Below are positions 44,174 through 57,188 of a stretch of 64,000 nucleotides of DNA, one piece after another (position 1 is the first letter of the stretch; every line of letters begins with the position of its first letter). The notes under the pieces are model-generated. The model saw only the letters and a list, made by a program, of their open reading frames with translations. It was not told the DNA's origin and searched no databases. Both the position numbers and the translations under genes were made by a program. This stretch comes from the human T2T-CHM13v2.0 reference genome, Homo sapiens. Location of the stretch: the NCBI RefSeq assembly GCF_009914755.1, contig NC_060929.1, one strand, 5' to 3'.

Positions 44174-45025
44174 CTTGGGTTCAGGTGCACCTGCCTTTGT
44201 GGGAATAGCACAGCTTCCCTGCATAACTGCTGGAGGGCGGGTCGTGGAGTGCTGCTGTGTGTGTGTGTGTGTGTATGCCTCGGGTTCAGGTGCACCTGCC
44301 TTTGTGGTAAGAGCACAGCTTCCCTGCATAACTGCTGGAGGGCGGGTCATCGAGTGCTGCTGTGTGTGTGGGCCTCAGGTTCAGGTGCACCTGCCTTTGT
44401 GGGAAGGGCACAGCTTCCCTGCATAACTGCTGGAGGGTGGGTCGTGGAGTGCTGCTCTGTGTGTATGCCTCGGGTTCAGGTGCACCTGCCTTTGTGGGGA
44501 GAGCACAGCTTCCCTGCATAACTGCTGGAGGGCGGGTCATGGAGTGCTGCTGCTGTGTGTGTGTGTGTGTGTGTGTATGCCTCGGGTTCAGGTGCACCTG
44601 CCTTAGTGGGGAGAGCACAGCTTCCCTGCATAACTGCTGGAGGGCGGGTCATCGAGTGCTGCTCTGTGTGTATGCCATGGGTTCAGGTGCACCTGCCTTT
44701 GTGGGAAGAGCACGGCTTCCCCGCATAACTGCTGGAGGGTGGGTCATCGAGTGCTGCTGTGTGTGTGGGCCACGGGTTCAGGTGCACCTGCCTTTGTGGG
44801 GAGAGCACAGCTTCCCTGCATAACTGCTGGAGGGTGGGTCATCGAGTGCTGTGTGTGTGGGCCACAGGTTCAGGTGCACCTGCCTTTGTGGGGAGAGCAC
44901 AGCTTCCCTGCATAACTGCTGGAGGGCGGATCATTGAGTGCTGCTCTGTGTGTATGCCTCAGGTTCAGGTGCACCTGCCTTTGTGGGAAGAGCACAGCTT
45001 CCCTGCATAACTGCTGGAGGGCGGG
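43630..45025. repeat. 95-bp VNTR (~14 copies) with variable embedded (TG)n tracts
   Basis: Core GGTTCAGGTGCACCTGCCTTTGTGGGRAGAGCACAGCTTCCCTGCATAACTGCTGGAGGG; longest (TG)n ~44123-44172. Confidence 0.95.
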
Positions 45026-46238
45026 ATCTTCCCAAGGGGAAGTTGGGAGGTGCTCAGGCGGAGCAAATGGATTTAACTTCTGGGCTGGGAGAATGTGGTA
45101 CCCCCGTGGAAGTCTCCCTGAGGAAGGAAAGGAAGGAGCTGGAGGGAGGGTGTGTGTGTCTTAGGAGGGGACGCACTTCAGGTGAGAGCGGGCATGGCAC
45201 TAGGAGGAGCCCCATGAGCCCAGAGTGGTGGCACGTAGAGGCCTAAGGGACCATGCCAGCAGACCCCACCGCCCGTGCTCCACCGGGAGCCTGACATTGT
45301 TCTCTGAGATCAGGGGGCTGTCTCTGTGTACTGCCCAGGACTGTGGCATTTTTGTGCATAAAAAAAAAAAAAAACTGTGTGTCTAATACAGATGGGGTAT
45401 GAGGAGAGCCACTGGTCTCTCCTGACCTTAAAAATATTTTTTTAGTTCATTTTTAGTGAGTATGGAAATTACTGAAGGTACAAATCACTCTGAAGATAGG
45501 TTCTTGTGTGCGAAGGTCATCAGTGAATCTTCATTCTCAGAGTTGATAAATGGTTGTGAGCGCTCAAGGGTATCAGATTCAACGATGAGTCTGAGGATAG
45601 TACAGCTTTCCTATTCAGTTTCAAGGAAAATCATATAAAGCCCAGACCGTAATTTGTCAGGAATGTTTGAAGTGTGGTGTGATGGATGTCTTCACCGTGC
45701 TTTAGGATGATTACTGAGGGAGAACGGAAGGAAGGGGTCTGGTACTTGCACCTTTCAGTAGAATTAGTGTGAATGCCACAGCGACCAAGCTATGTTCAGG
45801 TGTCTGCAGGCAGTGGTGGCCTTGATGATGGATTTTCTGAAATGGGAATTCGTGAAGTCCTCTAACAAAACTAAGTGCGAACTTCTCAACTTAGCTGGTG
45901 ACTGCATCCTTGAAAAATTCTGTGTGTAAAATGATACAGAACCATTTCTTGGTTATCTGTTAAATAAGAGTGCATGTCCAGCCGCGATGACTGTGGACGG
46001 CCTTGGAGGTCTGGGAGGCCACGAAGGACTCCCACACACAGCAGGGTGTGAACCCACCAGGCAGTGCTTTGGCCCCCTCCCAGGAGTCATGGCAGCCGAC
46101 ACGTCACCTGGAGTGTCTAGAAAACCACTACCTTAGAGCCCCCACTGCTTTTCCTGGTGCCTCCAGGTATAGATCACAAACTCAGTGTCCCAGAAAGATT
46201 TTCCTTTTACTTTAACTCCTGTTGTTGTTTGTTTTCAG

Positions 46239-46283
46239 GCACGTGGACTCCCTTTAATCCAGTGACTGTCAGGTCGATCATAT
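46239..46283 (+). CDS. PDCD6: PDCD6 exon 3 (GTWTPFNPVTVRSII)
   Basis: Acceptor gttttcAG|GC, donor T|GTAAGT; phase matches exons 2 and 4. Confidence 0.96.
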
Positions 46284-46917
46284 GTAAGTATCGGCAGACG
46301 GACCAACCTGGGCTGCTTTGTATCCGACCCGCTTGGGTACCCGCTTGTGTTTCCTTTGTCTGTGGGTCCGTATCACTTTGCTCCCTTCTGGAATTCCACT
46401 TAGATGAGCGTCGGCCCTTTCATCCCTCTCCCTCCGTCTCTGTACCTTTTCACATCTCTCCGTGTATGTTTGCTCTATTCTTGATTCTGTTTATTTTTAA
46501 TGTACGGTGTAACCTGTCCTTTCAGTTTCTAATTCTAAAGATGACATATATTTAAAATTTCTAAATTATTAGTTACTTTCACATCTTATCTGGGTGTTTT
46601 TGATAGACATTGCTTATTTATTTTTGTGATTCCATTCTTTATTCAAATATTTCATATGATAGTCTTCAGTTTTAAGAACATGCTTTTTTGAAAAGCGCTA
46701 GATATTTGTGACATGGAGCTCCTTGACTGTGTTTGAAGTCCTTGGGAGGGTGGTCTACAGCCAGATATTTTTCCTGCTCAAGCCCACACAGAGTGACCAA
46801 CTTCCTTGATGCTTCTGTAATTTTTGTTTGTTTTGTGGGTTCATGTGTAGCCTTAATGTGAGGGTCTGCATCATTTCTTTGGGTCCAGGGTCTCCCCAGC
46901 TGTATAGGCAGCTGGGT

Positions 46918-47052
46918 TTTTGTTTGTTTCTTTTAAGAGACAGGGTGTCCCTGTGCTGCCCAGGCCTGGTCTGGAATTCCTGGGCTCACGCAATCCTCCT
47001 GCCTCAGCCTCCCAAAAAGTGGGGATTACAGGTGTGCACCCCCATGCCCAGA
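46918..47052 (-). mobile_element. Alu monomer (FLAM-like)
   Basis: agagacagggtgtccctgtgctgcccaggc...cctcctgcctcagcctcccaaaaagtggggattacagg. Confidence 0.75.
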
Positions 47053-48644
47053 CGGTAGCCGGGGTGTGAGCTGAGGCTCCAGGCGCAGGCAGGTGTTCAG
47101 GAGAGTCGTGCTGTGTCTCCATCCCCCGTAGCCAGGTGGGAGCTGCAGCTCCAGGGGCAGGCAGGCCTGGGAGGCAGGTGTTCAGGAGAGTCATGTTTCC
47201 ATCCCTACCCGACTTGATTTCTGGAAGGTTCCCTTTGCTGGGAGGTGCAGCCCCCTTCAGACCTCTTTAATATGGAATCCCAGGTTCAGTTCTGCCTCAC
47301 AGGGACCATGGCATTGTGTCTCGAGGTTTCCCAGAGCGGCCTGGGGCTCATTCCCTCGCCTCCCATCCATGCACGTGTTTTAGTCTTGTGAGGATTCCCT
47401 GAGTTCCTTGCGGAGCCTGTGTGTGGTGAGGTGTCTGAGTCCTAGTGTGGGTGTAGCTGGGGGCTTTTCCAGATGACTGTGCCCTGCTGGTCGTGCATAT
47501 GTTGCTACGTCACACTGATGGAGGGAGAGAAAACTTGGAAGTGTAGTAGTGGCAGGGCTCAGCCTTTAGTGCTAGAAAAGGTGTTGATACATGGGGAGCT
47601 ACCTCCCCACCGGAGAGGAATGGCCTGGGAGCCACTCCTCTGCGGAGCCCTTACCCTGGGGTGCAGCTCACCCAGCATCCTTCCCTGCTGGTGTGTGGTG
47701 CGCAGTGGGTCCTGCACGCAACAGCATCGTCCACACACACTGCACACATCGTGGAATGGTCGTATGAAAAACAGCCCCTGGTCCACACACCACACACGTC
47801 GTGGAACGGTGCACGTCGTGGAACGGTTGTGTGAAAAACAGCCACTGGTTGCACACAGGGTTGTGGACTGTTGGGAAGAAACATCGATGCTGTTTCTCAC
47901 ATGATTTTTCATCCTGTGGATTTTCATTTAATTGTAACATATTTCTGATCAAACCAGGAGTAGTCTTATTGCAGTCCTGTATTAACCTCTGTTCTTGAAA
48001 AGAGACCACGTGATTTATCATTTTCTCTGCAGCAGTAATTCACACTGAATTTTTCTATGTTTTTTAGCCATATTGCAACTACATATAAAGGTAGTTATAG
48101 ATTCTTTTGTATTTGGACCTGGAGTTAGACTGAAAGCAAATAGGACATAGGCGAGGGTCTGTTTCTAATTAAAGCAGGTTTTCCTGACAGGGCTGTTCCA
48201 AGACTCCACCAGTGCTGTGGGCCCTGGAGAGTCAGAGGGTCAGCTCTGGGAATTAGATTCGCGTTCTAGGCCGAGACCCAGGAGCCAGGGGAGCTGGGGC
48301 CACTTACCTTCCCCGTGCCTCGGAAGCTGAGTGTGAAGCTCTGCTCTTCTTTCTGTCGTGGCTGCGGCTGGATTTCCTCACACATCCCATTGCACGGCCT
48401 GCCTCACAGCTGCAAGTGCACCTTCTCCTGGGACTTAGGGGGTCAGGGCTGGGGGACAATCCCCCACACCCCCACCCAGGGCGAAGGTGACAAGACTTTA
48501 AGGGATTTCACCCCATTCACAGACAGGCATGCATTGCCCAGTCCCTGGTTAGTGGTCAGCAGTGGGGCCCCGCCAGGCTCTGAGGGCTGAGGTCTGGTGG
48601 GAAGCCTCAAGTGAGTTTGCTGCAACTGATCTTTTGCTGCTTGA

Positions 48645-48878
<234 letters not shown>

Positions 48879-49232
48879 TGAAGTTCTTTAAACCTTGTTG
48901 GACTTAACTGATTGTCTAACCAGGCTACGTAAAGTTTTTGTTGACGTCATGCAGGTTCATATTTGATATTGCTCATGTCGGAAGGCGATCCTCGACATGG
49001 ATACGTTTATTCAGGTTTTTATCCAAAATGAGATAAGGGCTATGCAAGCCGTTCATCTTTTCTGAAGTGGAATGATGTCGTGAGCAAAACTGAGAATGTG
49101 GCTTTTGAAATCATTTAAAAGTGGATCCATGAAAATACCGTGGGGCAGGGCAGCTTATATTTCATGATAGATCAAAGCACGTTGAAAAGGCAACAGTCAC
49201 CTAAGAAACAGCTGTCAGTCACCAGGTCCAAA

Positions 49233-49432
49233 CCGTGCGCCTCAGAAGGGGCGTTAGGCAGAACGCGTGCCCATTCTCAGGTGTGCTCGGCGTGTGTGTG
49301 CTCGGCGTGTGTGTGCTCGGCGTGTGTGTGCACACGTGTGCCGTGCGCCTCAGAAGGGGCGTTAGGCAGAACGCGTGCCCATTCTCAGGTGCGCTCAGCG
49401 TGTGTGTGCTTGACGCGTGTGCACACACACAT
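49233..49432. repeat. 108-bp tandem duplication with GT-rich sub-repeats
   Basis: CCGTGCGCCTCAGAAGGGGCGTTAGGCAGAACGCGTGCCCATTCTCAGG at 49233 and 49341. Confidence 0.85.
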
Positions 49433-51527
49433 GTGACGGTGTGCCGTGGGTCTAGGAGTGTTCACAGTGCCTGTCCAGAGTGCGTCCATAGGGCCTGTCC
49501 ACGGGGCTTCCCGTGCTGCTCTCAGGGCTGAGAGGAAGCAGGGGTTTTATTTACAGAGGAACAACGGGCATGTTTGGGGCCAGCCTGAGGCTGTTGGTGG
49601 CTGCACCGAGATTCTAATCCATGCGGATCTCATCTGGCCCCTGTTGTGAAGCCGCTTCCGTGATTTGCTTAAAAGGCTCCTTAGAAACAGTGAGGAAAAT
49701 TCGATTCTACTTGAGTACCTCCGAGATCCCTGGAGTCTCACTTATCTAAGCACGTCGCCTCTCCTCGTGTTTCCTCCCAGCATGCACTTTGTGGCTGCCT
49801 TTCTTTCTCTTTTCTTTCTCACCTTACGAGCTTGTCCACAGGGCCGGGGGTGGACACTGGGTCTCCTCAAGAAGCAGTTCTGAGCTGACCAGCTGCGAGC
49901 CAGGATTTGGGCTGGATGGCTCTGAATTGGTACTTGGAATGCAGCTGACCTTGCTGTGCCCTTGGGTGGGGGAACTGGAGGGAACGCTGGCCGGCTCCTC
50001 TTCCCTGGGGCAGGTACGGAAGGGCTGGGAGGGAAGGATGCCACCCTCCACAGAGAGTGGTCCTGGGGGCCAGGGAGGCCAGTGCTGCCGATTGCGGCCA
50101 GGGCCACGTGGACTTCAGGACTGGCCTGAAGTTATTTTTAGATAAGCGACCTCTGGCGCCACGGACATCTTTTCCTAACCTTGTCAGGCCCTGGAGCTCC
50201 CTTTGTCCATGCCAGTGACCATCGGTCCTCAGAATGTGCAGTGGAAGTTGCTGTGGACAGTGCTCCCTGGTCTCTGAGGCCCTCTTCGTCCTGGTCTGGC
50301 CAAGGACTTCCCAGAAAACTGTGCTTAGCTGTGGCGGGAGGCACGGCCGGTCACGCAGCCTTCCTCCCGCCCTGGAGTGGGCAGGCCTGCTTGTGTTGTG
50401 CAGCGGCAGAACCCTTCCTGACTTCCAGGTTTTTCCTGGGGTGCGGCATCCCATCGCAGCATTTTCTCTGGTTACCCTCACGAGTTTCCTCCTGCGTTTG
50501 GTTCTTGATCTCCAGGGCCATCTCCCACGTCTTCCTTGGAAAGGGGCATTGTCATCCTTTTTGTATTTTGATGATTTTGAAAGATTTCCCATAGTAACTG
50601 TTAGGAAGTTGGCCTCAGAAGCAAAAATTCTTCTTTTGTCTTGGCCCCTGTGAACAAGTGTTCTGCTCTCAGATGAAGCAGGGAGGCTGCACTGGAGCTT
50701 GGTGGCCAGCAGGAGGGAATCACCAGGGTGGTGAAGCCTGCGAGATTTCTCCCCGGGTGTCTCTGATGGGGCCACATGGTGGATTTCATAATCCACCGAT
50801 TCGTTTTTTTAAGCCTTTATTGTTAACATCAACTGTGTGCCATGCTCAGAGACCTGAAGTGAAAAGGTGAGGAAGGCGTGCTCACATTCCAGCACTCACC
50901 ACCCGGCACCGGGCCAGCTGACTCAGCACGTGCCGTTTAGGTTGCTGTACACAGCCGGTGAGATTCTCCCCTCTGGTGGGCAGTGCGTGTCTGACAAAGG
51001 CAGTCGGGCGGAGAACAGTTCCTCCGCTGTGGTCCTTTGCCACTGTACCAGGCCCCCAAGAGCTGGGGGGAGCCCCAGGGAGCCTCAGCCTGTTGAGTGG
51101 GGGCAGCTGGTTTGTCCTCCGAGGTGGAAGAGGTGATTTCTGAGGAGGTCATGCTCCGCTTGGCTCGTTCACAGCATTTCAGAGAGTCCGAAAGAGGAGA
51201 AAGACCTTGGCAAGGGGTGTGTCAGGGGTGGGCCCAGGGACGCTGGTGGCCTCATGTGGACTGACTTTCATGAACAGAAACTCAGAAACAGTTGCTTCTG
51301 GATTTTGGCTTCTCAGATAAACATTCTTTTTGTAGTTCGTTTGTTCATCCCTCATTTTGCTGTCTGACTTTGCCTTTCTTTTCCCTTCACTATTACTGAT
51401 GACCAAGGAAACTGGAAGTTAATTCCAGAGGCAGTGGGGTTGCTCCTGTTGTCTGTGCAGACTGGAGTTCCTCTGCCTCTGTCAGCATCTCCTCTGTCCT
51501 TCCCCAGCCTTGGCAGGAGACCAGTAA

Positions 51528-52276
51528 TGACCTCTGTCCCCGTGCACCCCAGTGATGGCCGCCGTCCCCGTGCACCCCAGTGATGGCCGCCGTCCCCGTG
51601 CACCCCAGTGATGGCCGCCGTCCCCGTGCACCCCAGTGATGGCCGCCGTCCCCGTGCACCCCAGTGATGGCCGCCGTCCCCGTGCACCCCAGTGATGGCC
51701 GCCGTCCCCGTGCACCCCAGTGAGGGCCGCCGTCCCCGTGCACCCCAGTGAGGGCCGCCGTCCCCGTGCACCCCAGTGATGGCCGCCGTCCCCGTGCACA
51801 CCAGTGATGGCCGCCGTCCCCGTGCACACCAGTGAGGGCCGCCGTCCCCGTGCACACCAGTGAGGGCCGCCGTCCCCGTGCACACCAGTGAGGGCCGCCG
51901 TCCCCGTGCACCCCAGTGATGGCCGCCGTCCCCGTGCACCCCAGTGATGGCCGCCGTCCCCGTGCACCCCAGTGATGGCCGCCGTCCCCGTGCACCCCAG
52001 TGATGGCCGCCGTCCCCGTGCACCCCAGTGATGGCCGCCGTCCCCGTGCACCCCAGTGATGGCCGCCGTCCCCGTGCACCCCAGTGATGGCCGCCGTCCC
52101 CGTGCACCCCAGTGATGGCCGCCGTCCCCGTGCACCCCAGTGATGGCCGCCGTCCCCGTGCACACCAGTGATGGCCGCCGTCCCCGTGCACACCAGTGAT
52201 GGCCGCCGTGCCCGTGCACCCCAGTGATGGCCGCCGTCCCCGTGCACACCAGTGATGGCCTCTGTCCCCCATGCAC
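51528..52276. repeat. 28-bp VNTR, ~26 copies, GCCGCCGTCCCCGTGCAC(C/A)CCAGTGA(T/G)G
   Basis: Period measured directly (51541, 51569). Confidence 0.96.
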
Positions 52277-53452
52277 TCCCAGACAGGCAATGTCCCTGTG
52301 GGCCTGTCCCAGGCTCTGTTCTCAGCAGGCTGGGCTCAGCCCTGGTGCAGGGAGTGAGGAGGTGGGAGTAGTAGGGACCAGAAAAAGTGGCAGCTGTTGA
52401 CAACTCTGCCATCTCTTTCTGAATGTAATGGGAGGTCCTGTCTTTTCAGCTTGCAAGGAAGGAGGGTCCGAGGCAACTCCGCTGTTGCACATTTAGGGAC
52501 CCCTGAACTTAAATGACAGAATGCCCTGACCACTCTGGAAGGCACTGTGTTCATGTTTGTGTGCTTGACTCTTGATCCGTAAAATGGCTGTTTGTGCAGG
52601 TCATTAACTGTGAGATTCAGAGAGTAGGTGCACACGTCCCTGCAGAGATTCCAGCAGGACTGAAAACCAGTAGAAATATATCAGCACCTGGATCTTGCCT
52701 CCTGAGTCAGTAAGGATATGCCACAGTCACGAAGGCAGTGGGATTTCGAGGGAGGGAAGGGAAGGCGGCAGGCGGGGCATGCCCTCCGGGGTGCCCGAAC
52801 ACACCTGCTGCATCCACATGTCTTCAGAGCCCTCTCCCTGTGGGAGGCCTTTTTCAGGACAGCCTTGGTGAACTGGAAACGGAATCCCAGCCCTTGGTGG
52901 CCCTGCAGTGACTTGGACCTTTCCGAGGTCACCCTGCCACTGCGTGCCCTTCAGTCCCTCCTGGCAGGTGGGGGCACATCCCCCAGCCACTCCCATTTCC
53001 TGACATTGTCACTTTGTATAACTGGAAGCCTTCTGTGAAATTTTAGTTTTCAAAGCATTATCTGGTGATGGGCAACCCAGGGCAGCGAATCATTCAGAAT
53101 TTTCTTATCTAGGCTAATAAACATAATAAAATCAATAAGGACTTTGAAAGTAACTCCACTGGGTTCAGGAAACTGAGTGTGGCCGCCCTGTGGGGTGGTG
53201 TTTGGTGAGTGCTTCCCGGAGGTGAGTAGTTAATTCACAGGAGTGACTAATGGCAGCGTCCCACTCACTCCTCCTTCCGGGGTCATGGTCTCAAGGGGTC
53301 ACTCCATGCACTGGGGATGTCAGCTCATTACAGAATGATATATTCGGGAAGTGTCTCAGTTCTGAGTGCCTTTGAGGGAATTTGCACTTCCGTTCCCACA
53401 CAGCCTTGCATTGTGTGTGTTAGAGGCTGTGGGCCTTGGGCAGGAGGGGTGA

Positions 53453-54395
<943 letters not shown>

Positions 54396-54884
54396 TGACC
54401 TGCAAGGCAAGCTCCTTGGTGGTGTCTCTCCTGCTGGGCTCTCTTTGAGACCCACGGGAGATGGAGAGCAGGGCTCAGGGGACCCGCCTGGGAGCTCCAC
54501 ACAGACCTCTGCTGCTGTTTGCAGGTGGTGATCCAGGTCTCTACCCAGGTTCCTCAAGGTCCTGTCTTGTTGGCCTTGGAATTCAGTGAGAGATAGGAAC
54601 AGCATGGGGTTTTTAGAAATAATGTGGAAATTTGGAAAACGTTCCCAAATTGTTTATTCTGTATAATAATTAAGATGCTAGATCTGTAAAAGTGAGTTTC
54701 CTCTGATTTGGCATGGATGCATCAGTCCCTGTTCTTCAGGGATTTGTTGGAGAACCAGGTCTGTGAACATGGAAGCTTCAAAACTCTACGGTTGGGGACC
54801 CTTTCCTGCCCCTGCCTCTCGGGGTTCCTGCCAGGTTGGATGACATTTTTACAATGTTCTCTGAACACTTTCAAAAAAGTGTAG

Positions 54885-55050
54885 GCTGGGCCTGGTGTCG
54901 CATGCCTGTAGTCCCAGCTACTCAGGAGGCTGAGGCAGGAGAATCACTTGAACCCGGGAGGTGGAGGTTTCAGTGAGCCGAGATCACACCACTGCACTCC
55001 AGCCTGGGTGACAGAGCCAGACCCTGTCTTAAAAAAGAAAGAAAAGAAAA
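54885..55050 (+). mobile_element. Alu right-arm monomer
   Basis: GGCTGGGCCTGGTGTCGCATGCCTGTAGTCCCAGCTACTCAGGAGG...A-rich tail. Confidence 0.85.
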
Positions 55051-55076
55051 AGGGAAAAGATGCCGTGTAAAATCTC

Positions 55077-55165
55077 GTTCTGTGTCTGAATTGCCGTAGG
55101 GCTCAGATCTTCATTTGAGGTTCTGTGTCTGAATTGCCGTAGGGCTCAGATCTTCATTTGAGGTT
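55077..55165. repeat. Perfect 43-bp tandem duplication
   Basis: GTTCTGTGTCTGAATTGCCGTAGGGCTCAGATCTTCATTTGAG twice. Confidence 0.9.
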
Positions 55166-55687
55166 ATGTTCTATAAGTTAACGTTGATCTTGTGTGAGCT
55201 TTCGGTAGCTGGAGTAACACAGGCGGCCTCACAGCGACCTCTCCAGCGCCTTCCAAGGCACATCTGCAGCCAGCGTAGCTCCTCCTGGGAGATGCCTCCT
55301 CAAGGCCCTGCTCCAGACCACGTGGGGAGGGCCTGACAGCCAATTCCCAGGCTGTCCCCACCCTTGGAGAGTGACCCTAAACGCTAGACAGATGGGGAAT
55401 GGGAAAGAAAAGAAAGCTGCAGACCTCAAGTTAAAATTCCCTCAAAAACGTTTTTATTTATCTGCTTTTTCTGAAAGGATAAAGGCTTTTTGAAAATTAT
55501 TTTCTAACAAATAACATGAACACTTCTAGAAACCCTAGAAAAACACAAAGTATTCAAAATAGAAAGAAAAATTACCCATTACTCTTTAAGCCAGCATTAT
55601 CCATTGCGGTGCTTTTGGAGTTGGGTGAGGCCGTAGCCTCTGCCAAGTCAAGGAGCCCGGTGGTGGCTGTGGCATTCCTGCAGGGTT

Positions 55688-56060
55688 GTTTTTTTTTCTT
55701 TGAGATGGAGTCTCACTCTTGTCACCCCAGCTGGAATGTGGTGGTGTAAACAGCTCACTGCAGCCTTGACCCTGAGGCTCAAGCGATCCTTCTGCCTTGG
55801 CCTCCTGAGTAGCTGGGATCCCAGGCGAGAGTCACCACACCCTGTCCATGTTCCTGCAGGTCTTGATATGCGAGGACGCTGTGTCTTCCCTGCCACATTT
55901 TCTTCTTCTTTCTTGAGACAGACCCTTGCTCCATCACCCAGGCCAGAGTGTGGTGGTGCGAACACGGCTCACTGCAGCCTCGACCCTCAGGCTCAAGCGA
56001 TCCTCACGCCTCGGACCCCCAAAGTGCTGGGATCACAGGCGAGAGTCACCATGCTGGCCT
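55688..56060 (-). mobile_element. Two old Alu monomers (FRAM/FLAM-like), ~55688-55842 and ~55897-56060
   Basis: Each has gctcactgcagcct(t/c)gaccct...ggctcaagcgatcct and a shared odd caggcgagagtcacca motif. Confidence 0.7.
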
Positions 56061-56563
56061 GAATCTTCAGGGTATTTTACGGTTGAAGTGTCACTTACTT
56101 AACCATCCCTGTTTCAAGAGTGTAGGTGGTCACCCTGTCTCTGCCGCTGACCTGGCCTGGACCCTCGGCTGTGAGAGGGAGGGGTGGGCTGGGCTGGAGG
56201 AACCTGAAGCCCTCGTGATGTCACAAGCCCATCTGGCTGGGCATCCCCTGCTGTGTCCTGAGCTGCACATGCCCCAGGTGGCCCCCACAGCAGAGGCGAG
56301 CCACTGGAGGGTGGAGGGCTTCCACGGGACGGTCTTCAGGGGGAGAAGGAAGGGCCCAGGCCCCCAGGAGACTCAGGAGACCAGAGCCTGGGGTCAGGGG
56401 CTCAGCCAGGGGCTCAGCCAGGGCTGGATGTCCGGAGCCAGCCCCGCAGCCCTGTGTTCTTTGTTCTTCGCACTCCCACCGTCCGTGTGAACAGCTCCAG
56501 CCCCACCTGCGCCTCCCTGTGCTGGGCTCCATCAGGGAGCCCAGAAGACGTGTGTGCTTCTGA

Positions 56564-56746
<183 letters not shown>

Positions 56747-57182
56747 CCCTGGCCTCTCGTGAAGAGCAGCACAACATGGAAAGAGCCAAAATGTCACAGT
56801 TCCTATCTGTGAGGGAATGGAGCACAGGTGCAGTTAGATGCTGTTCTTCCTTTAGATTTTGTCACGTGGGGACCCAGCTGTACATATGTGGATAAGCTGA
56901 TTAATGGTTTTGCAACTGTAATAGTAGCTGTATCGTTCTAATGCAGACATTGGATTTGGTGACTGTCTCATTGTGCCATGAGGTAAATGTAATGTTTCAG
57001 GCATTCTGCTTGCAAAAAAATCTATCATGTGCTTTTCTAGATGTCTCTGGTTCTATAGTGCAAATGCTTTTATTAGCCAATAGGAATTTTAAAATAACAT
57101 GGAACTTACACAAAAGGCTTTTCATGTGCCTTACTTTTTTAAAAAGGAGTTTATTGTATTCATTGGAATATGTGACGTAAGC

Positions 57183-57188
57183 AATAAA
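57183..57188 (+). terminator. PDCD6: PDCD6 polyadenylation signal AATAAA
   Basis: First AATAAA after the stop, ~440 nt downstream, followed by GT-rich gtgtggtct. Confidence 0.85.

Noticed and set aside
43616-45246. Cys-rich (metallothionein- or keratin-associated-like) ORFs
   Set aside because: Translations of (TG)n-containing 95-bp VNTR units
51352-52412. Three overlapping 264-339-aa His/Gly-rich minus-strand ORFs
   Set aside because: The 28-bp unit has no stop in any minus frame, so all three frames are open by construction
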